In this document: in pieces, positions 1 through 9,741 of the stretch
Position numbering within the stretch: the stretch's first letter is position 1
How the letters are laid out: the number at the start of each line of letters is the position of its first letter
Source: Acaryochloris marina S15
GTDB lineage: Bacteria; Cyanobacteriota; Cyanobacteriia; Thermosynechococcales; Thermosynechococcaceae
DNA length: 32,000 bases
Direction of reading: 5' to 3'
Assembly: GCF_018336915.1 (NCBI RefSeq)
Contig: NZ_CP064923.1
Coordinates: 5,370,001-5,402,000, forward strand
Notes under the pieces: model-generated
Databases searched by the model: none
The model's input: only the letters and a program-made list of their open reading frames with translations
Told to the model about the DNA's origin: nothing
Translations under genes and position numbers: made by a program

Positions 1-1650
1 CAACCCCCAGGTCTATCTGCCCTCCGCTATACTCGTGACCAGCGTGGGCTAAGCGATGACACCATTCAAACCTTTCAACTGGGCTATGCCCCTGGGGGCT
101 GGAGTACCCTCCATGATGTGTTGGTACAAGAGAAAGGCTTTACCCCTGATTTAGTTCAGCAGGCGGGCTTGATTTTGCCTCGCAAGTCTGGGGGTGGGTT
201 CTATGATCGATTTCGCGATCGCTTAATGATACCGATCCACGATGCCCAAAGTCGGGTAGTGGGATTTGGTAGCCGGACTTTAACGGGGGAAGAACCCAAA
301 TACCTCAATTCCCCAGAAACGGAACTCTTTAACAAGGGCAAACTCTTATTTGGCCTTGATAAAGCCCGTCAAACCATTGTTAAAGCCGATCGGGCGGTGG
401 TGGTTGAAGGCTATTTTGACGTGATTGCCCTCCATTCCGTGGGCATCACCAATGCCGTCGCCTCTATGGGAACGGCCCTGAGCTTGGATCAGATGCGGCA
501 GTTGCTGCGCTATACCGGATCCAAGCAGGTCATCCTTAACTTTGATGCGGATGCTGCCGGAGGTAAAGCCGCAGAGCGAGCTATCTCCGAAGTGGAAGAT
601 CAAGCCTATCGGGGGGAAGTGCAGCTCCGGGTCTTGAATTTGCCCAATGGCAAAGATGCGGATGAATATCTTCAGGAATACACCGCAGAAGACTATCTAG
701 ATCTACTCGATACCTCTCCTCTCTGGCTAGATTGGCAAATCCAGCGAGCCCTCAAGGATCGCGATTTACAGCAAGCCGAGCAGTTCCAGGCGGCAACGGA
801 AGCGATTGCGGCTATTTTGGGCAAGCTGCCCAATGCCACCCTGCGCACCCACTATACCCATCGCTGTGCTGGCCTTCTCAGTCAGGGGGATTCTCGCCTA
901 GCCCTGCAGCTAGAAGAAGCCCTACGGCAGCAGGTTCGCGGCCAGCGCTGGCATGGGCGATCCCAAAAATGGCAGCGGCCTGCAGACTACACCCTGCGAG
1001 AAGCGGCTGAAGCCCAAATCCTTCGCATTTATTTGCATCGACCGCAGTTTCGGCAAGATATTCACAACGCCATGAAGCAGCGGGATATTGAATTTAGTTT
1101 TTCCCACCATCGGTTTTTATGGCGGCAAATCTTAGCCATTGAAGAGGATCAAGCCAAGCTAGAGCCCGTCCATGCTGAATTTGACTCCCCTGCCTTTGAT
1201 CTGATCGCCGTGGTGCAGGATCTGTGTACCGAGTATTCGCAAGAAATTCAGCAGGTTTACCACCTGATTCAGCTCAACGAAAAAACGGAACTGGATATTC
1301 TCCGACCCAACCTCTCGATTCGAGCAGCTGCAGCCAGCTTAGAGCGGATTGCTTGTGAAAAGCGCTGTCGGCATCTGCTGCAAATGTGGGAATCGGCGAT
1401 GAAGTCTGCGAAAAAAGAACTGGGTCAGCGGCAAATCCTCAACACCTATCTGCAACAAATGCTGATGGATGAATCGGAACAGGCCCAGAGTTTACTAGAG
1501 GAAGAATCCTTTTGCTTGCAAGAGCTGGATGAAATCAAACGGCTGTACTACCAAGAAAAGCGCTATTTGCAACAGCTAGATCAACAACGCTGTGTAGCTC
1601 TAAATGATTTCAGTGAGTTGATGGAAAATCCCCAGCTCAATTTGAACTAA
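1..1650 (+). CDS. dnaG: DNA primase DnaG (5' end lies outside the window)
   Basis: Frame 1 is open from base 1 (QPPGLSALRYTRDQRGLSDDTIQTFQLGYAPGGW...) and runs into the listed ORF 118..1650. Toprim signature AVVVEGYFDVIALH...ILNFDADAAGGKAAERA. Stop TAA at 1648-1650. Confidence 0.93.
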   Translation, partial: QPPGLSALRYTRDQRGLSDDTIQTFQLGYAPGGWSTLHDVLVQEKGFTPDLVQQAGLILPRKSGGGFYDRFRDRLMIPIHDAQSRVVGFGSRTLTGEEPKYLNSPETELFNKGKLLFGLDKARQTIVKADRAVVVEGYFDVIALHSVGITNAVASMGTALSLDQMRQLLRYTGSKQVILNFDADAAGGKAAERAISEVEDQAYRGEVQLRVLNLPNGKDADEYLQEYTAEDYLDLLDTSPLWLDWQIQRALKDRDLQQAEQFQAATEAIAAILGKLPNATLRTHYTHRCAGLLSQGDSRLALQLEEALRQQVRGQRWHGRSQKWQRPADYTLREAAEAQILRIYLHRPQFRQDIHNAMKQRDIEFSFSHHRFLWRQILAIEEDQAKLEPVHAEFDSPAFDLIAVVQDLCTEYSQEIQQVYHLIQLNEKTELDILRPNLSIRAAAASLERIACEKRCRHLLQMWESAMKSAKKELGQRQILNTYLQQMLMDESEQAQSLLEEESFCLQELDEIKRLYYQEKRYLQQLDQQRCVALNDFSELMENPQLNLN

Positions 1651-1789
1651 AGGCGCGAGACTGTAAGGACGCTGCAAGCCTGAGATCGAGATTTACCAAT
1701 TTCCCTAAACCTGAAATGAATGACGGTATCGCTGCCGATGGCTAAACTCTGGGGCTAGGATTGAAGAGATGCCTACGTAGACTCTTCCT

Positions 1790-2107
1790 ATGGCCACAAA
1801 AAAGCAATACAAAAATTTTGCCGAGCTCTTAGCTGGATCAGATAAACCATTACTGGTCGATTTCTATGCAATTTGGTGTGGGCCTTGCCGAATGTTAGTG
1901 CCCATCCTGGATCAGGTCAGCACTCTGTTGAAAGACAAGGTACAGGTGGTCAAAATTGACACAGAGCGTTACCCAGAGCTGGCAACGGAATATCATGTTC
2001 ACGCTTTGCCGACCCTCGTTTTGTTTAAGGATGGCCAGCCGGTGGAACGGATCGAAGGGGTCTTGCCGCCAGAAGATATTGTCAGTCGAGTGCAGCCCTT
2101 ACTCTAG
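1790..2107 (+). CDS. trxA: thioredoxin
   Basis: 105 aa with the active-site motif WCGPC (FYAIWCGPCRML) and a thioredoxin-fold tail (ALPTLVLFKDGQPV). Confidence 0.9.
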   Translation: MATKKQYKNFAELLAGSDKPLLVDFYAIWCGPCRMLVPILDQVSTLLKDKVQVVKIDTERYPELATEYHVHALPTLVLFKDGQPVERIEGVLPPEDIVSRVQPLL

Positions 2108-2128
2108 CCCAGGCTGCGGCAGCAGGGC

Positions 2129-3025
2129 TTAGAGATCTTTCAGTAACGAGAAAAAGTCGGTGGCTACAGTGTGTTGTTCGAGTTCTTGACTGCCGAGGAG
2201 CTTGAGAACAATGTTGACTTGGGCCACCATATCCACCACCCGAGTCAGCATATTATCTTCCCGGAACGCCGGGAGTAAATCCGTTGCTCCTTGTTCTTTG
2301 GCCCACCGCAATTCAGAGGGAAGAACTTCAGTTCGCCCCCGACAGGTGAGGACCACCTTCACTGATGGATAGGCCTCATGGCACCAGCGGCAGAACTCAT
2401 AGGGATTGGGTTCTAGGGTCTCTGCTTCGATGAGCAGAAGATCCGGCAATCGGCTTTCATTGAGCGCATAGTTATCTAGACAGATTCTCAGGTCCTCACT
2501 GGTGGTCAGCTTCTCCCAAATGACGGTGACCCCCTGGTAGATAAGCAGCTCTTGCCAGAGTTTGCCTTGGGTGGCAGAGGGCTGGATCATTAAGACGAGC
2601 TTTTGATGGATATGGGGTTGAAACGGCTCCAAACCTGAGGCCAGCTGAAACTCCATACCCAGTTGGCCTAACTTCACCTGATCGCCATGCTGTAAGCAGG
2701 TGGGATGGAGAACCCGTTGTTCATTGATAAAGGAGCCATTCAAGCTGCCCAGGTCTGACAAGTAATACTCTTGCAGAGGGGTCGTGAAAATCAGGGCATG
2801 TTGGCGCGATAGGGTGACATCGTCAAAGGCGATAGAACAAGCTTTTTCTCGTCCCAGGGTCCATAAAGACTGCCCCACTAGGGTCCGGTAATATCCTTGG
2901 GGGGGATAGGGTGAAAACCGTGCCATCGAGACGGATGGAGTCCAAAAGCCACCCTCTGTTAGGGCTTGATGGGAAAGACAGGAATTGGCAGGAATAAACA
3001 GTTGGGGCTTGGGAGCTGATGACAC
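2129..3025 (-). CDS. FHA domain protein with C-terminal receiver-like (pseudo-receiver) region
   Basis: FHA core WTLGREKACSIAFDDVTLSRQHALI...SLNGSFINEQRV. The C-terminal half has a CheY-like beta/alpha pattern (LVLMIQPS...PDLLLIEAE...VKVVLTCRG) but no DD acidic pocket, and E replaces the phospho-Asp. Confidence 0.75.
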   Translation of the reverse strand: MSSAPKPQLFIPANSCLSHQALTEGGFWTPSVSMARFSPYPPQGYYRTLVGQSLWTLGREKACSIAFDDVTLSRQHALIFTTPLQEYYLSDLGSLNGSFINEQRVLHPTCLQHGDQVKLGQLGMEFQLASGLEPFQPHIHQKLVLMIQPSATQGKLWQELLIYQGVTVIWEKLTTSEDLRICLDNYALNESRLPDLLLIEAETLEPNPYEFCRWCHEAYPSVKVVLTCRGRTEVLPSELRWAKEQGATDLLPAFREDNMLTRVVDMVAQVNIVLKLLGSQELEQHTVATDFFSLLKDL

Positions 3026-3185
3026 GATGGTAAAGCACTTATTTCAATAGAAGATTACATATCTGGAACACAGTAATACTAAGAATTTTTAATTGCCCTG
3101 AGTTTAACAACAGTCAGTTTTTTTGCGGGTGAGAATTAATTATGCCATGCTCCATTTTGATCGGGTAGTGCAACGTAGAATTGTC

Positions 3186-3214
3186 AAAAAAAATCACCTC
3201 CCTAGGGAAGGTGA
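3186..3214 (-). terminator. Rho-independent terminator downstream of the DUF4278 gene
   Basis: The minus strand reads TCACCTTCC-CTA-GGGAGGTGA (9-bp stem with one mismatch, 3194-3214) followed by T8 (A8 on the plus strand, 3186-3193). It lies 54 nt after the stop at 3268. Confidence 0.6.
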
Positions 3215-3267
3215 AGAGATCAGTGATTGTTTTAGGAATGGATCCCTAAAAAGAAAAGCTGTGGAGA

Positions 3268-3717
3268 TTAGCTGAGGGCCGCATGGGAGCGATCATAGCT
3301 CCTGCGGAAACTAGGATGGACTTTGCCTTGAATATGATTCCAGTATTGAGCCGCATCCGCACTTAACCCGACTTCAGCTGCAGAGCGACTGAGCAGAGCT
3401 TGCTGGCGATTCTTGATCCAGCGGTGGTGGGATGTCATCAAGGACCGAGCCATATTTTGGACAGTCAAGACAGCAGGTGCAGCTACAGGTGTCGTAGGTG
3501 CTGGGGTATAGGTGGGGGTCACTTCTGACTCTGGGGTGCCTGTTTCATAGGCGACGCCCCGGTAAACCAAGTTAAGACTGGGTTGCATTACCGGGGTTTT
3601 GTGAGCATTTCTAAAGCGCCACTCCAATCCTCGATACTGACCGACTTCTTCACTAGAAGTCATATCCACTTCAGGGGGATTGTATTCGTAGCTAACACCG
3701 CGATAGGTAAGATTCAT
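3268..3717 (-). CDS. DUF4278 domain protein
   Basis: N-terminal MNLTYRGVSYEY and a repeated YRGxxY/W motif (QYRGLEWRF, LVYRGVAYE), typical of the cyanobacterial DUF4278 family as I recall it. Confidence 0.65.
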   Translation of the reverse strand: MNLTYRGVSYEYNPPEVDMTSSEEVGQYRGLEWRFRNAHKTPVMQPSLNLVYRGVAYETGTPESEVTPTYTPAPTTPVAAPAVLTVQNMARSLMTSHHRWIKNRQQALLSRSAAEVGLSADAAQYWNHIQGKVHPSFRRSYDRSHAALS

Positions 3718-3998
3718 GATTCGCCTCCGATCATAATGATGGGTATAGATTTGAGGCGCGTTCCTTCGAGCGAAGGCTCTACTTCCGTCCCTTGATTACT
3801 AAGAACAGGGTTAAAAACGATTTAAGGGATGAACGATTTAATTTCTGTATCAACCATAACATTTTTAAGTAGAATTTGGGCCATTTCACAAAAGTAATCA
3901 TTAGAATTACTTATTGAAAGTGCCGTTTAGAATGAATATATCCGTATCGTTCTTCCCCAGGTGATAATCTAAAGAGTCGTTTTCTGCTGCTCTCCTTC

Positions 3999-4628
3999 AT
4001 GTCTTCTCCTGCAATTCCAGTAGACAAAATCCGATATGACGCTCAAGGGCTAGTGCCGGCCATCGTTCAAGACTATTTAGATGGCACGGTGTTAATGATG
4101 GCCTGGATGAATCCCGAGTCTTTGCAGAAAACCATGGATACGGGGCGGACTTGGTTTTGGAGTCGGTCCAGACAGGAATTATGGCCGAAGGGCGAAACTT
4201 CAGGCCATGTGCAGGAGGTGAAGTCCCTGCGGTATGACTGCGATAGTGATGCCCTCTTGGTCGGGGTGGAACAAATTGGCGATATTGCCTGCCATATGGG
4301 TGAGCGCAGCTGTTTCCATCAGGTGGAGGGCCAGGTTTCTGCCCCGCCTGCTGATACTTTGTCCCAGGTGTTTGATGTGATTTGCGATCGCAAACACAAT
4401 CCCTCCCCCGACTCCTACACCTGCCAGCTATTTGCTGCGGGTGATAACAAGATTCTCAAGAAAATTGGCGAAGAATCCGCAGAAGTGGTGATGGCCTGTA
4501 AGGACGACAATGCTGACGAAATCGCCGGAGAAGTGGCCGATCTGATTTACCACAGCCTAGTGGCATTGGCTCATCATGATGTAGATATCAAGGACGTCTA
4601 TCGCAAACTCCAAGAGCGGCGACGCTAG
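3999..4628 (+). CDS. hisIE: bifunctional phosphoribosyl-AMP cyclohydrolase / phosphoribosyl-ATP diphosphatase
   Basis: HisI block LVPAIVQD...MMAWMN...[19 protein letters not shown]...DCDSDALL...[10 protein letters not shown], followed by HisE block [26 protein letters not shown]...ADLIYHSLV. Confidence 0.92.
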   Translation: MSSPAIPVDKIRYDAQGLVPAIVQDYLDGTVLMMAWMNPESLQKTMDTGRTWFWSRSRQELWPKGETSGHVQEVKSLRYDCDSDALLVGVEQIGDIACHMGERSCFHQVEGQVSAPPADTLSQVFDVICDRKHNPSPDSYTCQLFAAGDNKILKKIGEESAEVVMACKDDNADEIAGEVADLIYHSLVALAHHDVDIKDVYRKLQERRR

Positions 4629-4630
4629 GC

Positions 4631-5803
4631 ATGAAGCGCGAAGTTTGGATCGTCTCTGCCATTGCCTTAGTTAACTCCCTTAGTTTTACTGTTCTGCTGC
4701 CGACCCTGTATCCCTACGGTCGGCAGTTTGGATTGAATGATTTTGAGACCAGCTTCCTATTCTCGATTTTTTCCATTGCCCAATTTTTGGCGACCCCCGT
4801 CATTGGACAGCTTTCGGACCGTTGGGGACGACGGCCCCTATTAATTGTCAGTTTGGCAGGGACCATGCTGGCCAATTTGATGGCGGGTATGGCGACAGTG
4901 GCTTGGGTATTATTCTTAGCCCGATTTCTAGATGGGATTACCGGGGGCAATAACTCCGTGATTCAAGCCGTGATTGCGGATGTGACCGAGCCTGAGAATC
5001 GGGCTCGCGGTTTTAGTCTGTTTGGGGCTGCCTTTGGCGTTGGCTTTGTCCTCGGTCCCATTATTAGTTTGGGAGCCCAAGAGATCTCCCTCGGGGCTAG
5101 TTTTTTGGTGTCGGCTTTGATCGCCGGGATCGCCCTCGGGGTGACCTACTTTTTCTTGCCGGAAACCTTAGAAGAGCGGCCACCACAACCCCATCGGTTG
5201 GAGTTGGGGTTGGCCAAATTAATCACAGGATTAACGATTCCCAAAGTTGGCATTCTCTTGTTTATCAACTTTTTGATCGGTACGACCTTTACGATTTTCA
5301 CCTACGCGTTTCAGCCTTACTTTATCAATGTGCTCGACCAAAATCCCCAGTCCTTGGCCCTGATGTTTATCGTTTACGGGGTACTCGGGGTGTTGATGCA
5401 AACTTTCGGAGTGCCTCGCCTGACGAAACGATTTAATTTGCTGTTGATCTTATTTTTGGCATTGCTGATTCGGAGTTTGGCCTTTCTGGCGATGCCCATC
5501 TGGCCCAATTTAATCTATTTTGTCTCCATCACCATTTTCTTTTCGGTCTTTAATTCCCTAGTTCAACCCATTATTAATACTCTCATTTCTCTCAATGCCA
5601 ATCCTCAGCAGCAGGGTATGGTGATGGGCTTGAATTCGTCTTATCTCAGCATTTCTAATGGTATTGGCCCCGTGATTGCGGGTGTACTGATTCGCCAGTC
5701 CAACTTGGCGAGCTATGGCTATCCCCTGTATTTGGCGGGCGGGTGCACCTTGTTGGTGTTACTGGTGGCAGTGCAGACCCGCACAAAATATGCCCCCAGT
5801 TGA
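4631..5803 (+). CDS. MFS transporter (drug/tetracycline-efflux-like)
   Basis: About 12 hydrophobic segments. MFS motif A-like GQLSDRWGRRPLL between TM2 and TM3. The start lies 2 nt after the hisIE stop. Confidence 0.85.
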   Translation: MKREVWIVSAIALVNSLSFTVLLPTLYPYGRQFGLNDFETSFLFSIFSIAQFLATPVIGQLSDRWGRRPLLIVSLAGTMLANLMAGMATVAWVLFLARFLDGITGGNNSVIQAVIADVTEPENRARGFSLFGAAFGVGFVLGPIISLGAQEISLGASFLVSALIAGIALGVTYFFLPETLEERPPQPHRLELGLAKLITGLTIPKVGILLFINFLIGTTFTIFTYAFQPYFINVLDQNPQSLALMFIVYGVLGVLMQTFGVPRLTKRFNLLLILFLALLIRSLAFLAMPIWPNLIYFVSITIFFSVFNSLVQPIINTLISLNANPQQQGMVMGLNSSYLSISNGIGPVIAGVLIRQSNLASYGYPLYLAGGCTLLVLLVAVQTRTKYAPS

Positions 5804-5842
5804 GTTGGGAGCATTCTGTTTGCTGAAATTAATCCTTGGACG

Positions 5843-6886
5843 TTAGCCGGGATGGAAGATGAAGCCGACCTTATCTTCTTTGCCGAGGGAAATGCGATCG
5901 CCGGCCCGTAACCGATAGCGATCGCCTGGACGTAACGGCTGATTATTCACATAGGTGCCGTTCGCACTGCCCGTGTCTTCGATGTAGTAGCCATCCGGCT
6001 CAACCCGGATATCAGCATGGACTCGGGACACCACATCACTATCGGGAAAGCCAGACACATCAATATCGGGGGGAATCCGATCATTGGGCTTACCAATATG
6101 CACCAAGTTGAGATTGGTGGGTAAATCCAGATTCGAGTTAGACCGCTCATGCAACAGTCGTGCCACGGGTAATTGCAGTTGGGTAGCACCAACGGGCATG
6201 GGCTTGGGCTGTTCGGGAATCGGCGTTGTGGTCGGTTGCGGCGCGGCGGAAATGATGGGTTCTGGAGGAGCAGGAGGAGCTTCTGGTGCAGGAGGGGTAA
6301 ACGCTATGGGCGGAGCCACAGGCGGCATGGGCGGAGCTACAGGCGGCATCGGGGGTTGCGAGGCTTCAGGGGGCATGGGCGGAGCTGGTGCTTCGAAATC
6401 TAATTCTGGCGGTGTCGGCAGAGAAGATGGAGGAATCACATTTTCCGTGGGCTGCTCGCTCATTTCGACGGCTAGGGGAGGGGGAAGACTGCCCGGAGGA
6501 GTCACTTCCGTGGGGGCATATCCCAAGTCCACATCGGGAAATTCTGTCATTTCGACTTGGTCAGGCGGTGTCATTGCGGGGGGATCGGGCAAGGGCACCA
6601 CGACGTCGGTGGCGGGAATTGCGGATGGAGTCTCAAAGCTGACTACATCGGTGGCGGGAATTCCTGCACCTGCATTGACTTGAGTCGGAGCAGTGGCCAT
6701 GTCTAGACCGGGGACTTCAACACCTGGCTCCAGTGAGGTTCCACATTGAGAGCAAAAAACGGCGTCTTCTGGCACCTGAGCGTGGCAACTGGGGCAAGAA
6801 GACATTTTGGGTAGCTCCACATAGCAAGCTTCACAAGTAATGGCCCCTTCTGGGTTAGCGTGGCCGCAGTTGGTGCAGGTAATCAT
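5843..6886 (-). CDS. double zinc-ribbon / proline-rich / FHA domain protein
   Basis: N-terminus has CTNCGH..CEAC and CPSCH...CSQCG (two CxxC pairs each). About 200 aa of P-rich low complexity follow (PPMPPVAPPMPPVAPP). C-terminal FHA: HIGKPND...VSRVHADI...SANGTYVNNQPL. Confidence 0.8.
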   Translation of the reverse strand: MITCTNCGHANPEGAITCEACYVELPKMSSCPSCHAQVPEDAVFCSQCGTSLEPGVEVPGLDMATAPTQVNAGAGIPATDVVSFETPSAIPATDVVVPLPDPPAMTPPDQVEMTEFPDVDLGYAPTEVTPPGSLPPPLAVEMSEQPTENVIPPSSLPTPPELDFEAPAPPMPPEASQPPMPPVAPPMPPVAPPIAFTPPAPEAPPAPPEPIISAAPQPTTTPIPEQPKPMPVGATQLQLPVARLLHERSNSNLDLPTNLNLVHIGKPNDRIPPDIDVSGFPDSDVVSRVHADIRVEPDGYYIEDTGSANGTYVNNQPLRPGDRYRLRAGDRISLGKEDKVGFIFHPG

Positions 6887-7115
6887 AGATCTCCAAACTT
6901 TGTCATCACTTCATCCAAGATACACTGCACAACCCAGCCTTAGCATGTCATTGATCACAGTCCTACCAGCTGGGGTGGATTCTGGGGTTTGAGCCCAAAC
7001 TCCCTGCCTACCAAAACTCGGTAAAATTGGCGACAACGCAAAACGAACTGGCTGTTTTAACCCAAGGGAATTCGGGTGGTTTCAGAAGTTCAGAATAATT
7101 TAAACCCTGCTCAGG

Positions 7116-8348
7116 ATGATTGCTTGCATGTCCATCGCGACGTTGATTCTACCCCTACAAGATCCGGTCTATGCCTTTAGCGTGCTGCTGGTGATTTTGC
7201 TCCTAGCCCCGCTGATCGCCAAGCCCTTAAAGCTGCCTGCTTTGGTGGTGCTGATCCTTTTAGGGTGCTTGTTGGGGAGCAATGGCCTCGGCATTATTGC
7301 CCGAGATGCTCAGCTGATCTTTTTAGAAAAGGTCGGTCTGCTCTACATTATGTTGCTGGCAGGTCTGCAAATGGATCTGAGCGACTTACAGCGGTTGGGA
7401 ATGCGAGCGCTTATTTTTGGGTTGCTCACCTTTGGCCTGCCCTTCGCTGTGGGAATCGTGTCCGGTCAGGTGATGATCAGTATGGGAATCATCGCGGTTG
7501 CTGGGTCGAGTGGGTTGGCCGCTGCGCTACTGGGGATCTTGTATTCGCCTCACACTTTGTTGGCCTATCCGAGTATGACCCGTTTGGGGTTGGCCCAACG
7601 GGAATCCATTGGGGTCGCGGTGGGAGGAACCGTGCTAACGGCAATGCTCACTTTAGTGGGCTTTGCATTGATTCAGGCGATGGCCGAGGGGCAGATTGGG
7701 CTGGCGTTATGGCTGAAATTATTGGTGGGCTTACCGTTGTTGGCGACTCTCTGTTTTTGGGGCGTTCCGCAACTGGGGCGCTGGTTTTTTAATCCCAAAG
7801 CAGAGGTTCCCCTGGGGCTACAGTTTATTTTTGTGGTGGCGACGCTATTTGTGATTGCCTCTGCTACTCAGGGGTTAGGGGTGGATTCGATTGTCGGGGC
7901 CTTTATTGCCGGTTTGGCTCTGAATCGTTCGATTCCCATCGAGAGTGATCTGATGAACCGGATTGATTTCGTCGGGAACAGTCTATTTATTCCAGCGTTT
8001 ATGGTGTCGGTGGGGGTACTGGCCAATCCAAAAGTATTTGTTTCAGCACCCGGCAGTTTAGGCATTGCTGGGGTCATTATTGGGGGAGCAGTCGCGTCTA
8101 AATGGGTATCGGCCTGGCTGGTCGGTCGCTGGTTTGACTATGAACCGATGGAAGTATGGACCCTCTTTAGCTTGACGATTCCCCGAGCGGCCTTAGTGTT
8201 GGTGATTACGTTATTTGGCAAAGAAGCGGGGTTAGTGGATGACAATATCTTTAATGCGGTGATTGCCTATATTGTCGTCACTTGCTTATTGGGACCGATT
8301 TTGTCGGAATGGGCTGGGCAAAAATTGGCCACTCAACTCGAAGGCTAA
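7116..8348 (+). CDS. cation:proton antiporter (CPA-family Na+/H+ or K+/H+ exchanger)
   Basis: 410 aa and polytopic. Motifs LLGCLLGSNGLGI, LLYIMLLAGLQMD and GAFIAGLAL are typical of the Na_H_Exchanger family. An alternative start is M5 at 7128. Confidence 0.85.
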   Translation: MIACMSIATLILPLQDPVYAFSVLLVILLLAPLIAKPLKLPALVVLILLGCLLGSNGLGIIARDAQLIFLEKVGLLYIMLLAGLQMDLSDLQRLGMRALIFGLLTFGLPFAVGIVSGQVMISMGIIAVAGSSGLAAALLGILYSPHTLLAYPSMTRLGLAQRESIGVAVGGTVLTAMLTLVGFALIQAMAEGQIGLALWLKLLVGLPLLATLCFWGVPQLGRWFFNPKAEVPLGLQFIFVVATLFVIASATQGLGVDSIVGAFIAGLALNRSIPIESDLMNRIDFVGNSLFIPAFMVSVGVLANPKVFVSAPGSLGIAGVIIGGAVASKWVSAWLVGRWFDYEPMEVWTLFSLTIPRAALVLVITLFGKEAGLVDDNIFNAVIAYIVVTCLLGPILSEWAGQKLATQLEG

Positions 8349-8403
8349 CGGGAGTTCTTGCTTACAATTAAGGCGGACCTCTCTTGGGCTGATTAGCAAT
8401 TCT

Positions 8404-9072
8404 ATGGCTGAACCTAACCGCCAATCCTGGGATGCAGGCCGCTTCCTGCAAACTCTGTCCTACTTTGAAGAAATTCCTGTTCTCAACTGGTTTCAAAAAA
8501 TGATGCCTGGATTTACGCCCCCTGCCCCACCTCCTGTTCAAGCCAACCTCATTTTTGACTTTAGCCAAGCCAATGATATTAGCCAGCTCTGGGGAGCGGT
8601 GGATGATGTGGTTATGGGAGGGGTGAGCAATAGTGGTTTGCGGCAAGAGTCAGGAGTTGCCCTGTTTACGGGGAATGTCTCGACGGCCAATTCCGGTGGG
8701 TTTGCCTCGGTACGCACGCGCAATTTTGATCCGCCCCTAAACCTATCGGCCCATCAAGGTATTGAGCTACAGGTGAAAGGGGACGGCCAACGCTACAAGT
8801 TTTTGCTGCGCGATCAGGATCGATGGGATAGTATTGCCTACTCCCACTCTTTTGATACGGTGGCTCAACAATGGATTACGGTTCGTATTCCCTTTAACCA
8901 ACTCACCCCTGTGTTTCGGGCCAAGACGGTGAATGATGCGCCTTTGATTGAGTCTCAACAAATTCGAGCCATGCAAATGATGTTGAGTAAGTTTGAATAT
9001 GATGGGGCTTTGAATCCTCGGTTTAGTCCAGGTGAGTTTCGACTGATAATTAAAACGATTGGTGTGTATTGA
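8404..9072 (+). CDS. CIA30 family protein (complex I intermediate-associated protein 30-like)
   Basis: WGAVDDVVMGGVSNSG...FTGNVSTANSGGFASVR...RYKFLLRD...W matches the CIA30 pattern. I chose ATG 8404 because the listed start 8263 overlaps the antiporter by 86 nt. Confidence 0.8.
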   Translation: MAEPNRQSWDAGRFLQTLSYFEEIPVLNWFQKMMPGFTPPAPPPVQANLIFDFSQANDISQLWGAVDDVVMGGVSNSGLRQESGVALFTGNVSTANSGGFASVRTRNFDPPLNLSAHQGIELQVKGDGQRYKFLLRDQDRWDSIAYSHSFDTVAQQWITVRIPFNQLTPVFRAKTVNDAPLIESQQIRAMQMMLSKFEYDGALNPRFSPGEFRLIIKTIGVY

Positions 9073-9114
9073 GTGGGTTGTGCTCATTCACCAGCCGGTT
9101 GAGCAACAAGTATT

Positions 9115-9669
9115 ATGACAACCATATTGGCAGTTTCTGGGAGTTTGCGATCGCAATCTTCCAACACGCGTCTAGTCCAGGCCATTGCTGGGTTAGCACC
9201 CCCAGGCATCAAGGTCGAAATCTATAACGGTATTGCTCAATTGCCCCACTTCAATCCTGAGTTGGAAGGCGAGCCAGATCTTGTAGCCGTGGAGCAATGG
9301 CGGACTCAGTTACAAGCCGCGGATGGTGTCCTGTTTTGCACGCCCGAATATGCCCATGGTGTGCCGGGGACCTTGAAAAATGCTCTAGATTGGATTGTGT
9401 CTTCAGGCGAATTTATGCATAAACCCACCGCCGTCATCAGTGCTTCTCCATCCCCAGATGGCGGGGATAAGGCTAATGCCTCATTGGTGCAAACGCTGCG
9501 GGTGATGATGGCGGATATCCAAGAGGAAGCGATTCTCTGCATTCCAGCCATATCGGCAAAGATCAATGCTGAGGGTAAACTCACTGATACCTCTACAGAG
9601 ATAGCCTTGCGATCGGTTCTTCAGGCTTTGATACCTGAGGAGGACTGCATCTTTTCCCTCGACTCCTGA
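9115..9669 (+). CDS. NAD(P)H-dependent FMN reductase family oxidoreductase
   Basis: ILAVSGSLRSQSSNTRL...ADGVLFCTPEYAHGVPGTLKNALDW is the classic FMN_red signature. Confidence 0.88.
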   Translation: MTTILAVSGSLRSQSSNTRLVQAIAGLAPPGIKVEIYNGIAQLPHFNPELEGEPDLVAVEQWRTQLQAADGVLFCTPEYAHGVPGTLKNALDWIVSSGEFMHKPTAVISASPSPDGGDKANASLVQTLRVMMADIQEEAILCIPAISAKINAEGKLTDTSTEIALRSVLQALIPEEDCIFSLDS

Positions 9670-9741
9670 TCTGTCAACTTGAAAGGGCCTTCAGATTGGA
9701 CGAATGGCGATCAGCTACTCTAAGCCATGATCGGCCAAGGT

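Noticed and set aside
215-222. GCGATCGC palindromes scattered through the window (215, 5894, 5918, 9147 and others)
   Set aside because: This is the genome-wide cyanobacterial HIP1 element. It is useful as a taxonomic marker but is not a local regulatory feature.
6084-6683. Gly-rich plus-strand ORFs (6084..6683, 6173..6403, 6388..6642) overlapping the zinc-ribbon/FHA gene
   Set aside because: They are antisense shadows of the Pro-rich (CCN-rich) linker, where GGN codons on the opposite strand suppress stops. The minus-strand ORF has clear zinc-ribbon and FHA motifs.
7265-7792. 175-aa plus-strand ORF inside the antiporter gene
   Set aside because: It is an alternative frame of a well-supported polytopic transporter gene. 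Its Arg/Gly-rich sequence is not protein-like.
8263-8403. Listed start of the CIA30 ORF at 8263
   Set aside because: The first 47 codons overlap the antiporter 3' end in another frame and look non-protein-like. ATG 8404 (MAEPNRQSW...) is the more plausible start.
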